Below, piece after piece: positions 1-14,130 of a stretch of 64,000 nucleotides of DNA. Position 1 is the first letter of the stretch. The number at the start of each line of letters is the position of its first letter. The notes under the pieces are model-generated. The model ran no database searches. It was not told where the DNA came from and worked only from the letters and a program-made list of their open reading frames with translations. The DNA lies in NCBI RefSeq assembly GCF_003018235.1, contig NZ_CP027437.1; one strand, written 5' to 3'. The position numbers were made by a program, and so were the translations under genes. The stretch is from Escherichia coli (GTDB lineage: Bacteria > Pseudomonadota > Gammaproteobacteria > Enterobacterales > Enterobacteriaceae).

Positions 1-168
1 AACGGCTTTCACCGCTTCGCCAATAGCATTAAAACGACCGGTAACCACTACACGGTCAAAAGGTTTAACCGCTGCCGCTTGCTCCGGTGTCAGTTCTGTT
101 GCTGCGTTAACGGAGAATGCCGTAGCAGAAAGCAGTGCCGACGCCAGGAGGGTGTTCTTAAGCTTCAT
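1..168 (-). CDS. ydgH: YdgH (DUF1471 periplasmic protein), 5' part only; gene continues beyond window start
   Basis: Reverse-strand translation from ATG (complement of 166-168) gives MKLKNTLLASALLSATAFSVNAATELTPEQAAAVKPFDRVVVTGRFNAIGEAVKAV (signal peptide plus mature N-terminus); position upstream of pntA. Confidence 0.75.
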   Translation of the reverse strand, partial: MKLKNTLLASALLSATAFSVNAATELTPEQAAAVKPFDRVVVTGRFNAIGEAVKAV

Positions 169-628
169 AAAAATAATCCTTCGCCTTGCGCAAACCAGGT
201 ACTGGTATTGTTATTAACGAGAAACGTGGCTGATTATTGCATTTAAACGGTGTAACTGTCTGCGTCATTTTTCATATCACATTCCTTAAGCCAATTTTAA
301 TCCTGCTCAAATGACCGTCTATGCTTAAAAAACAGCCGTATCAGCATCAATACTACTGAAGCAACTGAATTGTATAAGTTAATTTAATGTTAAGTAGTGA
401 TTCGTGCCGGGGCGATGTCTCGTTTTACCTGACCGTCGAAGACAATTATCAGTCTTTATCCGGCGTTCTAAGGTGTTTATCCCACTATCACGGCTGAATC
501 GTTAATATTTTGCGAGTTCACGCCGAAATACTGATTTTTGGCGCTAGATCACAGGCATAATTTTCAGTACGTTATAGGGCGTTTGTTACTAATTTATTTT
601 AACGGAGTAACATTTAGCTCGTACATGA

Positions 629-2224
<1,596 letters not shown>

Positions 2225-2231
2225 GGGGTAA

Positions 2232-3623
<1,392 letters not shown>

Positions 3624-3627
3624 CCCT

Positions 3628-3656
3628 GACGGCCTCTGCGGAGGCCGTCACTCTTT
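3628..3656. terminator. Hairpin between convergent pntB and tqsA, likely bidirectional rho-independent terminator
   Basis: gacggcctc-tgc-gaggccgtc perfect 9-bp stem immediately after pntB stop, followed by T-rich tract. Confidence 0.6.
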
Positions 3657-4682
3657 ATTGAGATCGCTTAACAGAACGGCGATGCTTTGACCTCCCGCTG
3701 TTTGTTCAAGCGCAATTTTGACAATAATTGTCAACGGCACGGAAAGCAGCATACCCACCGGTCCTAACAACCATCCCCAAAAAATCAACGACAAAAATAC
3801 CACCAATGTCGAAAGCCCCAGCCCACGTCCCATGATGCGCGGCTCCAGAATATTGCCGAAGACCAGATTAATCAGCAGATATCCCGCCAGCACCAGCAAC
3901 GCTTCGTAGAAGCCATTAAACACCAGTACCTGAGCGATAGGGGGGATTGCCGCGAGAACTGAACCAATATTCGGGATGTAATTAAGCGCAAAGGCCAGCA
4001 ATCCCCAGACAAAAGCGAAGCGAACATCGAGTGCGGCGAGCATCGCCCAGGCGACCAGGCCGGTGATGATGCTGATGGCTGTTTTCAGCACCAGATAATG
4101 AGACACACTGTCAATCGCACGCTGAATCGCCGCCATCCCTTCAACCGGACGCGCCATCATTTGCTGAAATTTTCCGGGCAATTGTGGCACTTCGAGCAAC
4201 ATAAACAGCACCGTCAGCAGCAATAAAAATATTGATGACATGGCATTAGATAACTGCGTCAATAAGTTGGTGAGCAACGTCATCGCCGCGTTCGGATCAA
4301 TGTAATGCGCCAGTTGGTCAACTGAGACATCAATCCCTACGCGTTGCAACAACGGTTCAATCGCTTGCAGCGGCGTCATAATAGAGTTGCGATATTGCGG
4401 TAACGTCCGCGTCAACTCGTTGAGCGCGGAACCCAGATAAGCTAATAGCAACACCATCGCCATCACGATGATGGTCATCAAAATCGACACTGCCAGTACA
4501 CGCGGCACACGCCAGCGGACCATGTGTTGCACCAGCGGGTTAAGAATAACAGCAATAAATAATGCGAGAATAAACGGCACGATGATCTCGGCGGCAAAAC
4601 GGATACCGCAGAGAATAATGACCAGCATTCCCAACATAATGACGATTTTTAGGCCATTGAGCGTGATGATCGGCTTTGCCAT
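3648..4682 (-). CDS. tqsA: AI-2 exporter / AI-2E family transporter TqsA (YdgG)
   Basis: 344-aa polytopic membrane protein; size and synteny match ydgG/tqsA. Confidence 0.85.
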   Translation of the reverse strand: MAKPIITLNGLKIVIMLGMLVIILCGIRFAAEIIVPFILALFIAVILNPLVQHMVRWRVPRVLAVSILMTIIVMAMVLLLAYLGSALNELTRTLPQYRNSIMTPLQAIEPLLQRVGIDVSVDQLAHYIDPNAAMTLLTNLLTQLSNAMSSIFLLLLTVLFMLLEVPQLPGKFQQMMARPVEGMAAIQRAIDSVSHYLVLKTAISIITGLVAWAMLAALDVRFAFVWGLLAFALNYIPNIGSVLAAIPPIAQVLVFNGFYEALLVLAGYLLINLVFGNILEPRIMGRGLGLSTLVVFLSLIFWGWLLGPVGMLLSVPLTIIVKIALEQTAGGQSIAVLLSDLNKE

Positions 4683-5093
4683 GCTTGTCCCCGTTTTTTC
4701 TTCCTTTGCTAATAATAATGTCTTTTTCGCTCCGTCATCATAACGAAAATCAAACCGCTCAGGTAAAGAAGTGAAAATATTTTGAGTTAATTCTTAAGCT
4801 ATGATACAAATCAGGCGTGTTCAACTACCGAGGACAATTATCATCCGCGATGACGAGAAGCAACACTGCGGATAATTGTAATATTATGGACAATTTGTTC
4901 AGGACGTTATTTTCTACATTTACCCATCTTCGTACCTCATCCACTATCTTGCTCGTAGGTGAGCAACACTGGCGCAACGCGCTTTAGTCCTTACTTCTGC
5001 CTAAGCTTGCGCCATGCGCGGAGCTTGACCACTTTACTTTGGTTTCGCTGAATTAAGCGAAAATTAAAATAATTCTCTTGCAGGAGAAGGACA

Positions 5094-5459
5094 ATGTATA
5101 TTTATTGGATTTTATTAGGTCTGGCTATTGCTACAGAAATTACCGGTACGCTGTCCATGAAATGGGCGAGCGTCAGTGAGGGAAATGGCGGCTTTATTTT
5201 AATGCTGGTGATGATTTCTCTGTCGTATATATTTCTCTCTTTCGCCGTTAAAAAGATCGCCTTAGGCGTGGCTTATGCGCTGTGGGAAGGTATCGGTATT
5301 TTATTTATTACCTTGTTTAGCGTTTTGTTATTCGACGAAAGTTTATCGCTGATGAAAATTGCCGGGTTAACCACCCTGGTGGCCGGGATTGTGTTGATCA
5401 AATCAGGTACCCGTAAAGCGCGTAAACCTGAACTGGAGGTGAACCATGGCGCAGTTTGA
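5094..5459 (+). CDS. mdtJ: Spermidine export protein MdtJ (SMR family)
   Basis: 121-aa four-helix SMR-type protein, [35 protein letters not shown]; overlaps mdtI start. Confidence 0.9.
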
Positions 5460-5775
5460 ATGGGTTCACGCCGCCTGGCTGGCATTGGCAATCGTGCTGG
5501 AAATCGTTGCTAACGTTTTTTTGAAATTTTCTGACGGCTTTCGTCGCAAAATATTTGGCGTGCTCTCTCTGGCGGCGGTGCTGGCTGCCTTTAGTGCGCT
5601 TTCTCAGGCCGTTAAAGGGATCGACTTGTCTGTCGCTTATGCATTGTGGGGCGGATTTGGTATTGCCGCCACGTTAGCCGCAGGTTGGATCTTGTTTGGT
5701 CAACGGTTAAATCGTAAAGGCTGGATTGGCCTGGTCTTGCTGTTGGCTGGAATGATCATGGTGAAACTTGCCTGA
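5446..5775 (+). CDS. mdtI: Spermidine export protein MdtI (SMR family)
   Basis: 109-aa SMR-type protein translationally coupled to mdtJ (14-bp overlap), RBS GGAGG. Confidence 0.9.
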
Positions 5776-5813
5776 TGAACACGCTGCCCGCGCTGTCGGG
5801 CAGCGTTTGAACA

Positions 5814-6635
5814 TTATTTTTGCGACAGTTGATCCAGCCTGTCGCGAAAACCGGTAACAGAAATGGCCCGGTTATCGGCGCGCCAGCGATCTTTCGCGGC
5901 AGGAGCCGAACTTTGCACCCCAATTAATTGCCAGCCGTCATCGGTATGCAACATCAGAGGCGAACCGCTGTCACCCGGCAAGGTATCGCACTGATGCGAC
6001 ATCACCGACGTTTGCGCCCAGCCAGTCACTTCACAGTTTTGATGACTGTACAACGTATCGAGATGATCTTCAGGGTATCCCGCCTGAGTCACTTTACGAC
6101 CTGCCGCTTTTAATGCGGCGGTAAGCGCGGCTTTATCTCCCTCAAATAACGGCAATGGTGTAATGCCAGAAGGGGGATTACGTAGCACAATCAAACCGAA
6201 GTCCCACGGCGCAGCTGCGGGAGGAACAATCCAACCATCCCCATCTGCTTTTAACCGCTTTCCCAGTGTCGGGTCAACGCGGCCTTCTATGTCGTGGATC
6301 TCATAGCGCCAAAGACCTTTATTTGACACGAAACGCAGCGCTACCGCTTTATCGGCTTTACCCTTTGGCGGCGTCAATAAACAGTGTCCTGCCGTTAATG
6401 CCAGATTGGGTGCAATCAGCGTCGCCGTACATAAATTGCCGCTGGCCGTTTCCAGTTGGCCAACCGCATCCCACGGTGATTGGGTCGTGTCATTCACTGG
6501 CACACGATCATCATGACCAAAAAACAGGGTGCTGACCTCATCGTTTGCCGATTTGGCAACGTCTGGTTTATCTGCAAACACAAAAGCAGACGTCAAACTA
6601 ATTGCACCCAACACTACAGCAATGGTTGTACGCAT
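5814..6635 (-). CDS. ydgD: Secreted trypsin-like serine protease YdgD (peptidase S1 family)
   Basis: 273 aa, signal peptide [21 protein letters not shown], catalytic-type motifs TAGHC and GDSGSP. Confidence 0.85.
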   Translation of the reverse strand: MRTTIAVVLGAISLTSAFVFADKPDVAKSANDEVSTLFFGHDDRVPVNDTTQSPWDAVGQLETASGNLCTATLIAPNLALTAGHCLLTPPKGKADKAVALRFVSNKGLWRYEIHDIEGRVDPTLGKRLKADGDGWIVPPAAAPWDFGLIVLRNPPSGITPLPLFEGDKAALTAALKAAGRKVTQAGYPEDHLDTLYSHQNCEVTGWAQTSVMSHQCDTLPGDSGSPLMLHTDDGWQLIGVQSSAPAAKDRWRADNRAISVTGFRDRLDQLSQK

Positions 6636-6910
6636 ATCACACTCTGGTGGGTAATTATGATTATTAAAAGCAAACCCTCATAAATACTATAGACGGGACG
6701 GGATGAAAGTGGGAGTAAAATCAGATAACTACGATCAGGAAAGATAAAAACGGGCGGCAATCAGTGCGCATAAAATAAGGATGATAAGAATGAACTCAAA
6801 GCGATAACGGCCCACCATACTACCCTCCGCTAAAGGCGGTGCTAAACGTTATCCGCTTAGCACCGTAATTTTCAGGCGCGAGGGGGCGCGCCAGCATTAC
6901 TATTGATAAC

Positions 6911-7219
6911 TTACGCTGCGGGTTGTGCAGCAGGTTTTGCCGGTTGCTGAGGGCTGTGTTTCTTGGCGTGTTTCTTCGCTGCCTGCGCTTTTTGTTCAGG
7001 AGCTTTCTGTTCAGCTTTGGCATTTTTATGATGCTTTTTAGCCGCCTGCGCTTTCTGGGCAGGTGCTGCTTTATGCTGTTTTTTATGATGTGTGGTTTTC
7101 GCCGGCGCTGCTTTGGTGGTCGTCGCAGTCGGAGCAGGTGTGGTCGCAGTTTCTGCAGCAAAGGCAGCAGAAGACAGACCCATAGCAGCGGCAACAACCA
7201 GAGCTAATACTTTTTTCAT
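6911..7219 (-). CDS. asr: Acid shock protein Asr
   Basis: 102 aa from [21 protein letters not shown] (start codon complement at 7217-7219); His/Lys/Ala-rich repetitive periplasmic protein; track ORF 6911..7246 carries a 9-aa upstream extension. Confidence 0.85.
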   Translation of the reverse strand: MKKVLALVVAAAMGLSSAAFAAETATTPAPTATTTKAAPAKTTHHKKQHKAAPAQKAQAAKKHHKNAKAEQKAPEQKAQAAKKHAKKHSPQQPAKPAAQPAA

Positions 7220-7642
7220 TGTCATACCCTCAATTTGTTTTTTCATTTAACCCCACTGCGGGGCCGTTGAAATAACTATATCCCTGGGAATGGCAGACTT
7301 CCGTGAGTGGTTGGTTTCAGCGTGTAACGATATGTACAAACGCTGAATAAATTACAGCGTTGATAATAACGTATTGTGACTTAAGGGAAATTTAGCTACC
7401 AATAATAGTAGTCTTGATCAGGTTAACTATTTTACTACTTACAAAGCGGTAGAATAACTGCGCATCAGTAATAAATGACACACAGCAAAATGAATCCGTT
7501 TATTTGGGTACTTATAATCCTGATGACACTAGATGCGCTGCGGGAATTGGCTGGCGCTTCGTCTATTTTAGGATGGCTATTAACGTTGGTTTGAGCAGGC
7601 AATAAGTCCGGATGGGTATTTACCGCAGTCCGGACTTATTTT

Positions 7643-8896
7643 TCAGGCGTGCAGACGACGATGCAAACGCGTCCCGACCAGCAGAGCAATGACCAGCATC
7701 AGAGCAATAAATGCGCCGACGCCGTTCCAGCCATAGTTATGCCAGAAAACACCACCCAGCGTCCCGGCAATACTCGACCCCAGATAGTAACTGAACAGAT
7801 ACAGCGAGGAGGCCTGGCCTTTAGCGCGTTTTGCGCGGGGGCCGATCCAGCTGCTGGCAACGGAGTGGGCTGCGAAGAATCCGGCTGAGAAGAATAACAT
7901 TCCGGCAAAGATCAGCCACAGCGAGCTAAATAAGGTCATCAGTAAACCAAACAGCATAACCCCCGTCGAAAACAACATCACCGGACCGCGCCCATAGCGG
8001 GTGGTCATTGTTCCGGCTTTGGGTGAGCTCCATGTACCGGTCAAATAAGCCAGCGATAATAAGCCAACCACGGCCTGGCTGACATGCCAGGGGGAGAGCA
8101 TCAACCGATAGCCGATGTAATTAAACAGCGTGACGAACGACCCCATCAGCAAAAAGCCTTCTGCGAACAATAACGGTAATCCCCGGTCACGCCAGTGCAG
8201 ACGAAAGTTGATAAACAACGTCTTAGGTCGCAGCGAAGTCGGGCGAAAATGGCGTGATTCAGGGAGGATTTTCCAGAACATTAACGCCGAGGCCAGCGCG
8301 AAACAACCGATTGCCGCCAGCGCAATTCGCCAGTTGAAAAAGTCCGTGAAGACACCGCTAATTAAGCGTCCGCTCATGCCGCCAATTGAGTTGCCGCTGA
8401 TATACAACCCCATCGAAAAGGCCACGAAACTGGGGTGGATTTCCTCGCTAAGATAAGTCATGCCAACAGCTGCTACGCCACTTAACGAAAGCCCAATCAA
8501 GGCGCGCATAATCAAAATGCCGTGCCAGCTGGTCATCATTGTCGAAAGTAACGTACAAATGGAGGCCAACAGTAGCGCCGTGACCATCACTGGTTTGCGA
8601 CCAATGGCATCGGATAACGGGCCAGTAAACAGCAAACCGATAGCCAACATCGCCGTGGAAATGGACAGTGAAATACTACTGTTCGCGGGCGTTAAGCCAA
8701 ACTCCTGCGAAAGCACCGGAAGGATAGGTTGCACACAATAGAGAAGTGCGAAGGTTGCCAGTCCGGCAGAGAACAGCGCCAGGGTGACGCGCATAAATTG
8801 CGGCGTACCGCGTTTAATAAATTGATTTGGCTGAGAAATGCTTTGCTTGTCAGTGTCGCTTGCCGGAGCGCCATCAACAGTTGTAGTACGGCTCAC
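7643..8896 (-). CDS. ynfM: MFS transporter YnfM
   Basis: 417-aa 12-TM major facilitator; synteny between asr and ynfL. Confidence 0.85.
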   Translation of the reverse strand: MSRTTTVDGAPASDTDKQSISQPNQFIKRGTPQFMRVTLALFSAGLATFALLYCVQPILPVLSQEFGLTPANSSISLSISTAMLAIGLLFTGPLSDAIGRKPVMVTALLLASICTLLSTMMTSWHGILIMRALIGLSLSGVAAVGMTYLSEEIHPSFVAFSMGLYISGNSIGGMSGRLISGVFTDFFNWRIALAAIGCFALASALMFWKILPESRHFRPTSLRPKTLFINFRLHWRDRGLPLLFAEGFLLMGSFVTLFNYIGYRLMLSPWHVSQAVVGLLSLAYLTGTWSSPKAGTMTTRYGRGPVMLFSTGVMLFGLLMTLFSSLWLIFAGMLFFSAGFFAAHSVASSWIGPRAKRAKGQASSLYLFSYYLGSSIAGTLGGVFWHNYGWNGVGAFIALMLVIALLVGTRLHRRLHA

Positions 8897-9002
8897 TTGA
8901 AATCCTTGCTAAATATGCCTGTGGATCAGGCTTATGAATAGATTAGGAAAATGGAATTGTTCTGTCTAATATATTAATAATCTCAAATAAGATGTTTTAA
9001 AT

Positions 9003-9896
9003 ATGAATATTGAACTTCGTCATCTGCGTTACTATGTTGCTGTTGCAGAAGAGCTGCATTTCGGGCGCGCCGCTGCCCGCCTGAATATTTCGCAACCGCC
9101 GCTAAGTCAGCAGATTCAGGCACTGGAGCAACAAATCGGTGCCCGACTGCTGGCACGAACTAATCGCAGTGTATTGCTGACGGCAGCAGGAAAACAGTTT
9201 CTTGCAGATAGTCGGCAAATCCTGTCTATGGTGGATGACGCTGCCGCTCGCGCTGAAAGACTGCATCAGGGTGAAGCGGGGGAGTTGCGCATTGGTTTTA
9301 CTTCGTCCGCTCCTTTTATTCGGGCGGTGTCCGATACGTTATCGCAGTTTCGCCGTGATTATCCCGATGTCCATTTACAAACCCGCGAAATGAACACTCG
9401 CGAGCAAATCGCTCCGCTCATTGAAGGAACGCTGGATATGGGATTGCTGCGTAACACAGCGTTACCGGAGACGCTTGAACACGCAGTCATCGTCCATGAA
9501 CCGCTTATGGCGATGATCCCGCACGATCATCCCCTGGCAAATAACCCGAGTGTAACGCTGGCTGAACTGGCGAAAGAACCCTTTGTCTTTTTTGATCCGC
9601 ACGTAGGGACAGGGCTGTATGACGATATTCTCGGACTGATGCGACGTTACAATTTGACGCCCGTCATCACTCAGGAGGTGGGTGAGGCAATGACCATCAT
9701 CGGTCTGGTTTCCGCTGGTCTGGGTGTTTCAATTTTGCCTGCGTCATTTAAACGTGTTCAGCTCAACGAAATGCGCTGGGTGCCGATTGCTGAAGAGGAT
9801 GCGGTTTCTGAAATGTGGTTGGTCTGGCCGAAACACCATGAACAAAGTCCGGCTGCGCGTAACTTTCGTATTCATCTGCTGAATGCTCTCAGGTGA
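9003..9896 (+). CDS. ynfL: LysR-family transcriptional regulator YnfL
   Basis: 297 aa, N-terminal HTH MNIELRHLRYYVAVAEELHFGRAAARLNISQPPLSQQIQALE, divergent from ynfM. Confidence 0.85.
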   Translation: MNIELRHLRYYVAVAEELHFGRAAARLNISQPPLSQQIQALEQQIGARLLARTNRSVLLTAAGKQFLADSRQILSMVDDAAARAERLHQGEAGELRIGFTSSAPFIRAVSDTLSQFRRDYPDVHLQTREMNTREQIAPLIEGTLDMGLLRNTALPETLEHAVIVHEPLMAMIPHDHPLANNPSVTLAELAKEPFVFFDPHVGTGLYDDILGLMRRYNLTPVITQEVGEAMTIIGLVSAGLGVSILPASFKRVQLNEMRWVPIAEEDAVSEMWLVWPKHHEQSPAARNFRIHLLNALR

Positions 9897-10030
9897 GGGA
9901 AATTTCAGCGAAAAAGCCCGAAAAATGTGCTGTTAATCACATGCCTAAGTAAAAATTTGACGACACGTATTGAAGTGCTTCACCATAGCCTACAGATTAT
10001 TTCGGAGCGCGAAAATATAGGGAGTATGCG

Positions 10031-11251
10031 GTGGTTGCTGAAAATCAGCCTGGGCACATTGATCAAATAAAGCAGACCAACGCGGGCGCGGTTTATCGCC
10101 TGATTGATCAGCTTGGTCCAGTCTCGCGTATCGATCTTTCCCGTCTGGCGCAGCTGGCTCCTGCCAGTATCACTAAAATTGTCCGTGAGATGCTCGAAGC
10201 ACACCTGGTGCAAGAGCTGGAAATCAAAGAAGCGGGGAACCGTGGCCGTCCGGCAGTGGGGCTGGTGGTTGAAACTGAAGCCTGGCACTATCTTTCTCTG
10301 CGCATTAGTCGCGGGGAGATTTTCCTTTCTTTGCGCGATCTGAGCAGCAAACTGGTAGTGGAGGAGTCGCAGGAACTGGCGTTAAAAGATGACTCGCCAT
10401 TGCTGGATCGTATCATTTCCCATATCGATCAGTTTTTTATCCGCCACCAGAAAAAACTTGAGCGTCTGACTTCGATTGCCATAACCTTGCCGGGAATTAT
10501 TGATACGGAAAATGGTATTGTACATCGCATGCCGTTCTACGAGGATGTAAAAGAGATGCCGCTCGGCGAGGCGCTGGAGCAGCATACCGGCGTACCGGTT
10601 TATATTCAGCATGATATCAGCGCATGGACGATGGCTGAGGCCTTGTTTGGTGCCTCACGCGGGGCGCGCGATGTGATTCAGGTGGTTATCGATCACAACG
10701 TGGGGGCGGGCGTCATTACCGATGGTCATCTGCTACACGCAGGCAGCAGTAGCCTCGTGGAAATAGGTCACACGCAGGTCGACCCGTATGGGAAACGCTG
10801 TTATTGCGGGAATCACGGCTGCCTCGAAACCATCGCCAGTGTAGACAGTATTCTTGAGCTGGCACAGCTGCGTCTCAATCAATCCATGAGCTCGATGTTA
10901 CATGGACAACCGTTAACCGTGGACTCATTGTGTCAGGCGGCATTGCGCGGCGATCTACTGGCAAAAGACATCATTACCGGGGTAGGCGCGCATGTCGGTC
11001 GCATTCTTGCCATCATGGTGAATTTATTTAACCCACAAAAAATACTGATTGGCTCACCGTTAAGTAAAGCGGCAGATATCCTCTTCCCGGTCATCTCGGA
11101 CAGCATCCGTCAGCAGGCCCTTCCTGCGTATAGTCAGCACATTAGCGTTGAGAGTACTCAGTTTTCTAACCAGGGTACGATGGCAGGGGCTGCGCTGGTA
11201 AAAGACGCGATGTATAACGGTTCTTTGTTGATTCGTCTGTTGCAGGGTTAA
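10031..11251 (+). CDS. mlc: ROK-family global repressor Mlc (DgsA)
   Basis: 406 aa starting at GTG (MVAENQPGHIDQIKQTNAGAVYRLIDQLGPVSRIDL), ROK zinc motif CYCGNHGCLE. Confidence 0.9.
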   Translation: MVAENQPGHIDQIKQTNAGAVYRLIDQLGPVSRIDLSRLAQLAPASITKIVREMLEAHLVQELEIKEAGNRGRPAVGLVVETEAWHYLSLRISRGEIFLSLRDLSSKLVVEESQELALKDDSPLLDRIISHIDQFFIRHQKKLERLTSIAITLPGIIDTENGIVHRMPFYEDVKEMPLGEALEQHTGVPVYIQHDISAWTMAEALFGASRGARDVIQVVIDHNVGAGVITDGHLLHAGSSSLVEIGHTQVDPYGKRCYCGNHGCLETIASVDSILELAQLRLNQSMSSMLHGQPLTVDSLCQAALRGDLLAKDIITGVGAHVGRILAIMVNLFNPQKILIGSPLSKAADILFPVISDSIRQQALPAYSQHISVESTQFSNQGTMAGAALVKDAMYNGSLLIRLLQG

Positions 11252-11375
11252 CATTTTTTAACTGTTCTACCAAAATTTGCGCTATCTCAATTTGGGCCAG
11301 GAAAGCATAACTTAGACTTTCAAGGTTAATTATTTTCCTGGTTTATATTTGTGAAGCATAACGGTGGAGTTAGTG

Positions 11376-12071
11376 ATGCTGAAGCGTTTCTTTATTACCG
11401 GTACAGACACTTCTGTAGGGAAAACGGTGGTTTCCCGCGCATTGCTACAAGCGTTAGCCTCCCAGGGAAAAACGGTTGCGGGATATAAACCCGTAGCGAA
11501 GGGGAGCAAAGAGACACCCGAAGGGCTGCGTAATAAAGATGCCCTGGTGTTGCAGAGTGTTTCAACCATCGAACTGCCTTATGAAGCAGTTAATCCTATC
11601 GCGTTAAGCGAAGAAGAAAGTAGCGTGGCGCACAGTTGCCCAATCAATTACACCCTCATTTCAAACGGCCTGGCAAACCTGACCGATAAAGTCGATCATG
11701 TGGTGGTAGAAGGGACTGGCGGCTGGCGCAGTCTGATGAATGATTTGCGTCCGCTCTCTGAATGGGTGGTGCAGGAACAACTGCCGGTGTTGATGGTTGT
11801 CGGTATTCAGGAAGGTTGCATTAACCATGCACTGCTAACAGCTCAGGCGATCGCCAACGACGGGCTACCGCTCATTGGCTGGGTGGCTAACCGAATCAAT
11901 CCAGGACTGGCGCATTATGCGGAAATCATTGATGTGCTCGGTAAAAAACTTCCGGCACCGCTCATTGGTGAACTGCCTTATCTGCCGCGCGCCGAACAGC
12001 GTGAACTGGGGCAATACATCCGCTTAGCTATGCTTCGCAGTGTGCTGGCGGTAGATAGAGTCACGGTGTAA
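11376..12071 (+). CDS. ynfK: Dethiobiotin synthetase paralogue YnfK (BioD-like)
   Basis: 231 aa from [17 protein letters not shown] (P-loop), RBS GGTGGAG before ATG 11376; track ORF begins 12 nt earlier. Confidence 0.85.
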   Translation: MLKRFFITGTDTSVGKTVVSRALLQALASQGKTVAGYKPVAKGSKETPEGLRNKDALVLQSVSTIELPYEAVNPIALSEEESSVAHSCPINYTLISNGLANLTDKVDHVVVEGTGGWRSLMNDLRPLSEWVVQEQLPVLMVVGIQEGCINHALLTAQAIANDGLPLIGWVANRINPGLAHYAEIIDVLGKKLPAPLIGELPYLPRAEQRELGQYIRLAMLRSVLAVDRVTV

Positions 12072-13280
12072 CGTCCGCGAAATTACCGACGCAATTACGC
12101 AGGCAATCAATAAACCGGGGAGTAGCTGATACTCCCCGGTCATTTCACATATCATCAACGTCGACATAATCGGCGCGTGCGTGGTTGCCGCCAACAGTGT
12201 CGCCATCCCGGTAAATCCGAGTAAAAGCGTAATTTCTTCGCCATCAGGGAACCATAATCCCAGGCTACGACCATACAACATGCCAATGGCAAGACCGATA
12301 AATAGCGTCGGTGTAAAGACACCACCGGGCGCGCCAGAACCACTACTCGCCAGCACGGCAAACAGTTTACAGAGGAAGATCCCGGCAATGATCATTAACA
12401 GTGGCGGGGCGGTTAAAAAGGATTGTACGGTGCTATAGCCGTTGCCCCACACTGCAGGTGTGAACAGGGAAAGCAGACCCACGATCAACCCGCCCAGTGC
12501 CAGTTGCCAGGGCGGCGCAAGTTTGAGACTTACAAATCCACGATGACAGGCGTTCATTAACGTTAACAACAGTGGTCCGCACAGACCTGCCAGCACACCT
12601 GTACTGATAATCAGCGCATAGTCACGAGCCTGAACCGTCACTGAGAGTTGTACGCTGTAGAGTAACGCGTCGCTATGATTAATCAGATTGCTAACCAGCA
12701 ACGCCACGACGGCGGAAATAATCACCGGGCCGAGAGAGGCCAACATCATAGTGCCAAACAGCACTTCGGCTATAAATAAACTGCCAGCAAGCGGGGCGCG
12801 ATAGGCCGCAGCCATTCCCGCCGCAGCTCCACAGGCGATCCATAATTTCCACTCCTGGCGTGGCGTAAAACGTTGGACAAAACAGGAGGCGGCAAGGGCA
12901 GCTAAAAGAATCATCGCACCTTCGCGACCAATTGCACTGCCGCTGGTTACTACCAGCAGAGAGGCAAGCGATTTAACCAGGCTTGCTGCGTAATCAAACT
13001 GCCCATCGGTTTGTAACGCTTCCATGTAATCGGTCGGCGCATGAGGGCGTTGCTGGGTAAATTTCTGCCAGCCCATCAGCAACAAACCCGCCGCCAGTCC
13101 GCCGAGCGCCGGAGTTAGCAGCCGTCGCCACGGGGAAAGATTTGTCGCTGCATTGACCAGACTGCCCGAGTCATTATTGAGGAACAACCACTCCAGTAGC
13201 AGCATCGTATGACGAAACCCGGCAACGGCAAAGGCCGCGAGAATACCGACGACTGTTGCGATAAGCAGACGGCGGAACAT
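12024..13280 (-). CDS. clcB: Voltage-gated ClC-type chloride channel ClcB (YnfJ)
   Basis: 418 aa from [22 protein letters not shown] (start complement 13278-13280); ClC motifs GSGAPGG and GREGA; 3' end overlaps ynfK 3' end by 48 bp. Confidence 0.85.
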   Translation of the reverse strand: MFRRLLIATVVGILAAFAVAGFRHTMLLLEWLFLNNDSGSLVNAATNLSPWRRLLTPALGGLAAGLLLMGWQKFTQQRPHAPTDYMEALQTDGQFDYAASLVKSLASLLVVTSGSAIGREGAMILLAALAASCFVQRFTPRQEWKLWIACGAAAGMAAAYRAPLAGSLFIAEVLFGTMMLASLGPVIISAVVALLVSNLINHSDALLYSVQLSVTVQARDYALIISTGVLAGLCGPLLLTLMNACHRGFVSLKLAPPWQLALGGLIVGLLSLFTPAVWGNGYSTVQSFLTAPPLLMIIAGIFLCKLFAVLASSGSGAPGGVFTPTLFIGLAIGMLYGRSLGLWFPDGEEITLLLGFTGMATLLAATTHAPIMSTLMICEMTGEYQLLPGLLIACVIASVISRTLHRDSIYRQHTAKHS

Positions 13281-13473
13281 AGTGCGCAGATCCGGATAGA
13301 TGTGTAGATGATGCATGAGCAGAAATGGGCAATGAAACACGGGCGACTATTTTGCGGCAAAAGAGGCCAGACGCAAAAGCAGTGCGTGCTTTAAGAGATA
13401 AAAAACGTGACACTGTAACCTATTATTGCCGAATTGCGCGTAATCGCCACCATCCGGCAATATTACGGTGATC

Positions 13474-14088
13474 CTATCGAAAGAGTGGTTTAACCGCGAC
13501 AGGAATTAACAGTTGTGATTGCCATTGCGCCAGCGTTAAGCGAGCCAGTTCACCCAGTGCACGGTAGAAAGGGTGTTCTGCTTTTTCGATAAAAACGTCA
13601 AGAAAACGTGTTGACCACGGAAAAAGGTGCCATGCCAGCAATTCTTCGCATTCTGTCTGGCGACCATTCTCCGCCAACCACGCAGCCATCAACAGCAGTG
13701 AACCAAAATGATCTTCCGGTTCGTTTTGCTGCATTTCAAACTGAATGCCTTTCTCGCGCATCCACTGACGAAGTGCCAATGTTGAATCGCCAAACAGCAC
13801 AGATTCGCGATCCAGCCAGACCGACCCCCACGGCGGTGATGGCAGAGCCCACGGACCGACAAACAAACGCTGCCAGGCCTGGGCGCGAGTCTCTTCACTC
13901 TGTGCCTGAAAAGCCGTCACCAGCGGCGCTAATGACGCTTCTGGTAGAGGCCACTGAGTTTCCCAGCCGTCACGGGTGAGTACCGCAACCAGGGGGGCGG
14001 CTTCCGCACTCTCTGGAGCGTAATAAAACAGCGCGCCCAACACGCGCGCCGCGACAGAAAAATTATCTTGCTGTGAAAAATGGGTCAT
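13474..14088 (-). CDS. dmsD: Tat proofreading chaperone DmsD
   Basis: 204 aa from MTHFSQQDNFSVAARVLGALFYYAPESAEAAPLVAVL; last gene of the ynfEFGH-dmsD cluster. Confidence 0.9.
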   Translation of the reverse strand: MTHFSQQDNFSVAARVLGALFYYAPESAEAAPLVAVLTRDGWETQWPLPEASLAPLVTAFQAQSEETRAQAWQRLFVGPWALPSPPWGSVWLDRESVLFGDSTLALRQWMREKGIQFEMQQNEPEDHFGSLLLMAAWLAENGRQTECEELLAWHLFPWSTRFLDVFIEKAEHPFYRALGELARLTLAQWQSQLLIPVAVKPLFR

Positions 14089-14130
14089 TCCTAACATCCT
14101 GAAATGTGCGGGTTGCCCCGCACCAATTTG

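Noticed and set aside
6820-7207. ORFs 6820..7197(-) and 6923..7207(+) overlapping asr
   Set aside because: Artefacts of the repetitive Lys/Ala/His-coding asr sequence; Arg/Cys/Phe-rich nonsense translations.
7597-7640. 10-bp perfect inverted repeat (taagtccgga...tccggactta) just downstream of ynfM as a regulatory element
   Set aside because: Probably a simple terminator or REP-like hairpin at a gene end; no T-tract on the ynfM strand, and nothing further to distinguish it.
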